From a virus (taxonomy: Duplodnaviria > Caudoviricetes), in IMG/VR virus record IMGVR_UViG_3300044513_002984, positions 1 through 26,788 of that record: 26,788 bases of DNA. The stretch is one strand, 5' to 3'. Shown here one piece after another: positions 25,479 to 26,788 of this stretch. The translations under genes were made by a program, and so were the position numbers. Each line of letters opens with the position of its first letter. Positions within the stretch are counted from its first letter, which is position 1. The notes below the pieces were generated by a model. It searched no databases and had not been told where the DNA came from. It saw only the letters and a program-made list of their open reading frames with translations.

Positions 25479-26787
25479 GCTTACGCCTCCTGATGGCGGC
25501 CTCAGCGAGCGCGGCCACGCCACCGCCTGAGCTAGCGGCGCTTACTGTTCTCTCTAGCGCTGATCGCTGTGCTTCCTCTGGTAGGTCGCCAGCCCCTAGA
25601 CGCTCCCTTATGGCGCGCTCGAGCTCGTTGTCTGGCGTGAGAAGCCCTGAGGTGACTAGCTGTGGAAGCATGGCCAAAGACTCTGCCAGGTCGTCTGTGT
25701 CTAGTCCTGTGTGGACTAGCCTTGGAAGCTTGGAGGGGTCTACAGGTCCATAGTTCCATCTAATCAACCTTCCTATGGTTCCACCACCACGACGATCCAC
25801 GCCGCTAATAGCAGAGGCCACAACATCACAGAGATTGATAGCAGCTCGCCTGAATACACTTAGATGTACCTCACCCACTGAGCGCGCTCCTGTGTCAGTT
25901 ATGCCTAGGTTGGCGAACTGAGCCAGGAAGGCTTGGCTGATTTGATTGTCACACTCTCGGATAATATCAAGCGGGCCTTGAGCGTAGAGGTTAGGCGTAG
26001 CGGCGTATTGGTCAAAGCTCACTACAGGGTTATCAATGAGATAGCTTTGCTCAGCTGCAAGGAACGCCTGAGCCTGAGCCTCAGCCTCATCAATCATGGC
26101 GTTGATGTCTGAGTCAGTCAGACCTTGGAGTTCCGCCACTGACCTGTCCACCTTGACCCTTGGTGTGGGGACCGCCCAGCGGTCAACACCAACACACATG
26201 AGGTTTGACACCTTCTGTTTGGTACGCCACCACCACCACACAGGGCGCAACATACCAGAGCCCTCAAAGTTAGAGCCTGTACGGTTGAGGGTGAGGAGAA
26301 GGAGCTTGTTGGCTGGGATAGGCTCAGGAACCTTCCCCACGCCCACCACATGCTGAAGCACTCCATCAAGCTGTTGGTTGTCACGGCTGAGCCACCTCAA
26401 GTGAGCGCTTGGCTCACGGTCAGCGTAGAGGTCAAGCCAGACTTTAACCTTGCCCTCATAGTCAGGTCCAACCTTGTAGACCTCCTCAGCGTAGCGATAA
26501 CCAAGGGGGACAAACTCAAGGAGATAGCTGAGCTGTTCCTCAAAGCTTTGGGCCATCTGCCCAGCGTAGCCATCAAGACCAAACGCCTCATTGCCAAAAC
26601 GGGCGAGCTCATCACAGACAGCATCGCCCTCCATAGCAGACTCAAAGCGCCAAGTTGCTGAGAGGAGGGTTTGGCGTAGCATATGCCATGAGCGCCTGAC
26701 CACAGGGTCAGTCCTCAGCATGTCCTCAGCCTCCCTCACCCAATTGAGCCCTGTGAGTGAGGCGTTGCGCTCATAGCCTGAGATCAT
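25471..26787 (-). CDS. portal protein (Mu gp29/DUF935-like), probably 5'-truncated
   Basis: 'EDMLRTDPVV', 'NFEGSGMLRPVWWWWRTK', 'DRWAVPTP', 'CDNQISQAFLAQF', 'GARSVGEVH' and 'LIRWNYG' motifs. Confidence 0.85.
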   Translation of the reverse strand: MISGYERNASLTGLNWVREAEDMLRTDPVVRRSWHMLRQTLLSATWRFESAMEGDAVCDELARFGNEAFGLDGYAGQMAQSFEEQLSYLLEFVPLGYRYAEEVYKVGPDYEGKVKVWLDLYADREPSAHLRWLSRDNQQLDGVLQHVVGVGKVPEPIPANKLLLLTLNRTGSNFEGSGMLRPVWWWWRTKQKVSNLMCVGVDRWAVPTPRVKVDRSVAELQGLTDSDINAMIDEAEAQAQAFLAAEQSYLIDNPVVSFDQYAATPNLYAQGPLDIIRECDNQISQAFLAQFANLGITDTGARSVGEVHLSVFRRAAINLCDVVASAISGVDRRGGGTIGRLIRWNYGPVDPSKLPRLVHTGLDTDDLAESLAMLPQLVTSGLLTPDNELERAIRERLGAGDLPEEAQRSALERTVSAASSGGGVAALAEAAIRRRKHG

Positions 26788-26788
26788 T

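Noticed and set aside
670-26776. Numerous short overlapping or antisense ORFs in the track (e.g. 2245-2457, 10227-10550, 23129-23488, 24819-25124)
   Set aside because: They lie wholly within well-supported genes, show no recognisable motifs, and look like frame or strand shadows.
1-26788. Stop-codon reassignment
   Set aside because: Standard code 11 gives long, densely packed genes ending in TAA, TAG and TGA with tight overlaps.

Overview
The window is a contiguous piece of a tailed dsDNA phage (Caudoviricetes) genome. The minus strand (26787 down to ~1519) carries one tightly packed morphogenesis-lysis block. It begins with a Mu-gp29/DUF935-like portal, a Mu-gpI-like prohead protease/scaffold with two extra basic N-terminal modules, a DUF2190-like cement protein, major capsid, minor head protein and neck proteins. 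It continues with a tail tube (no sheath, so siphovirus-like), a tail assembly chaperone with a lambda G/GT-type -1 frameshift extension missed by the ORF track, tape measure, four tail-tip proteins, a CHAP amidase and a repeat-built tail fibre. It ends with three AT-richer small beta-rich genes, a holin/spanin-like trio and a class II (B12-dependent) ribonucleotide reductase. The plus strand at the left end has a 5'-truncated RecT-like annealing protein and a hypothetical gene converging on a hairpin-rich intergenic region. The most notable observations are the compositionally foreign fibre + three-gene cassette that splits the lysis module, a strong CTNAG excess with near absence of CCGG outside that fibre gene, the multi-module protease with an embedded scaffold start, and the Cys-rich frameshift product. 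All family calls are from motif recognition by eye; no database searches were run.
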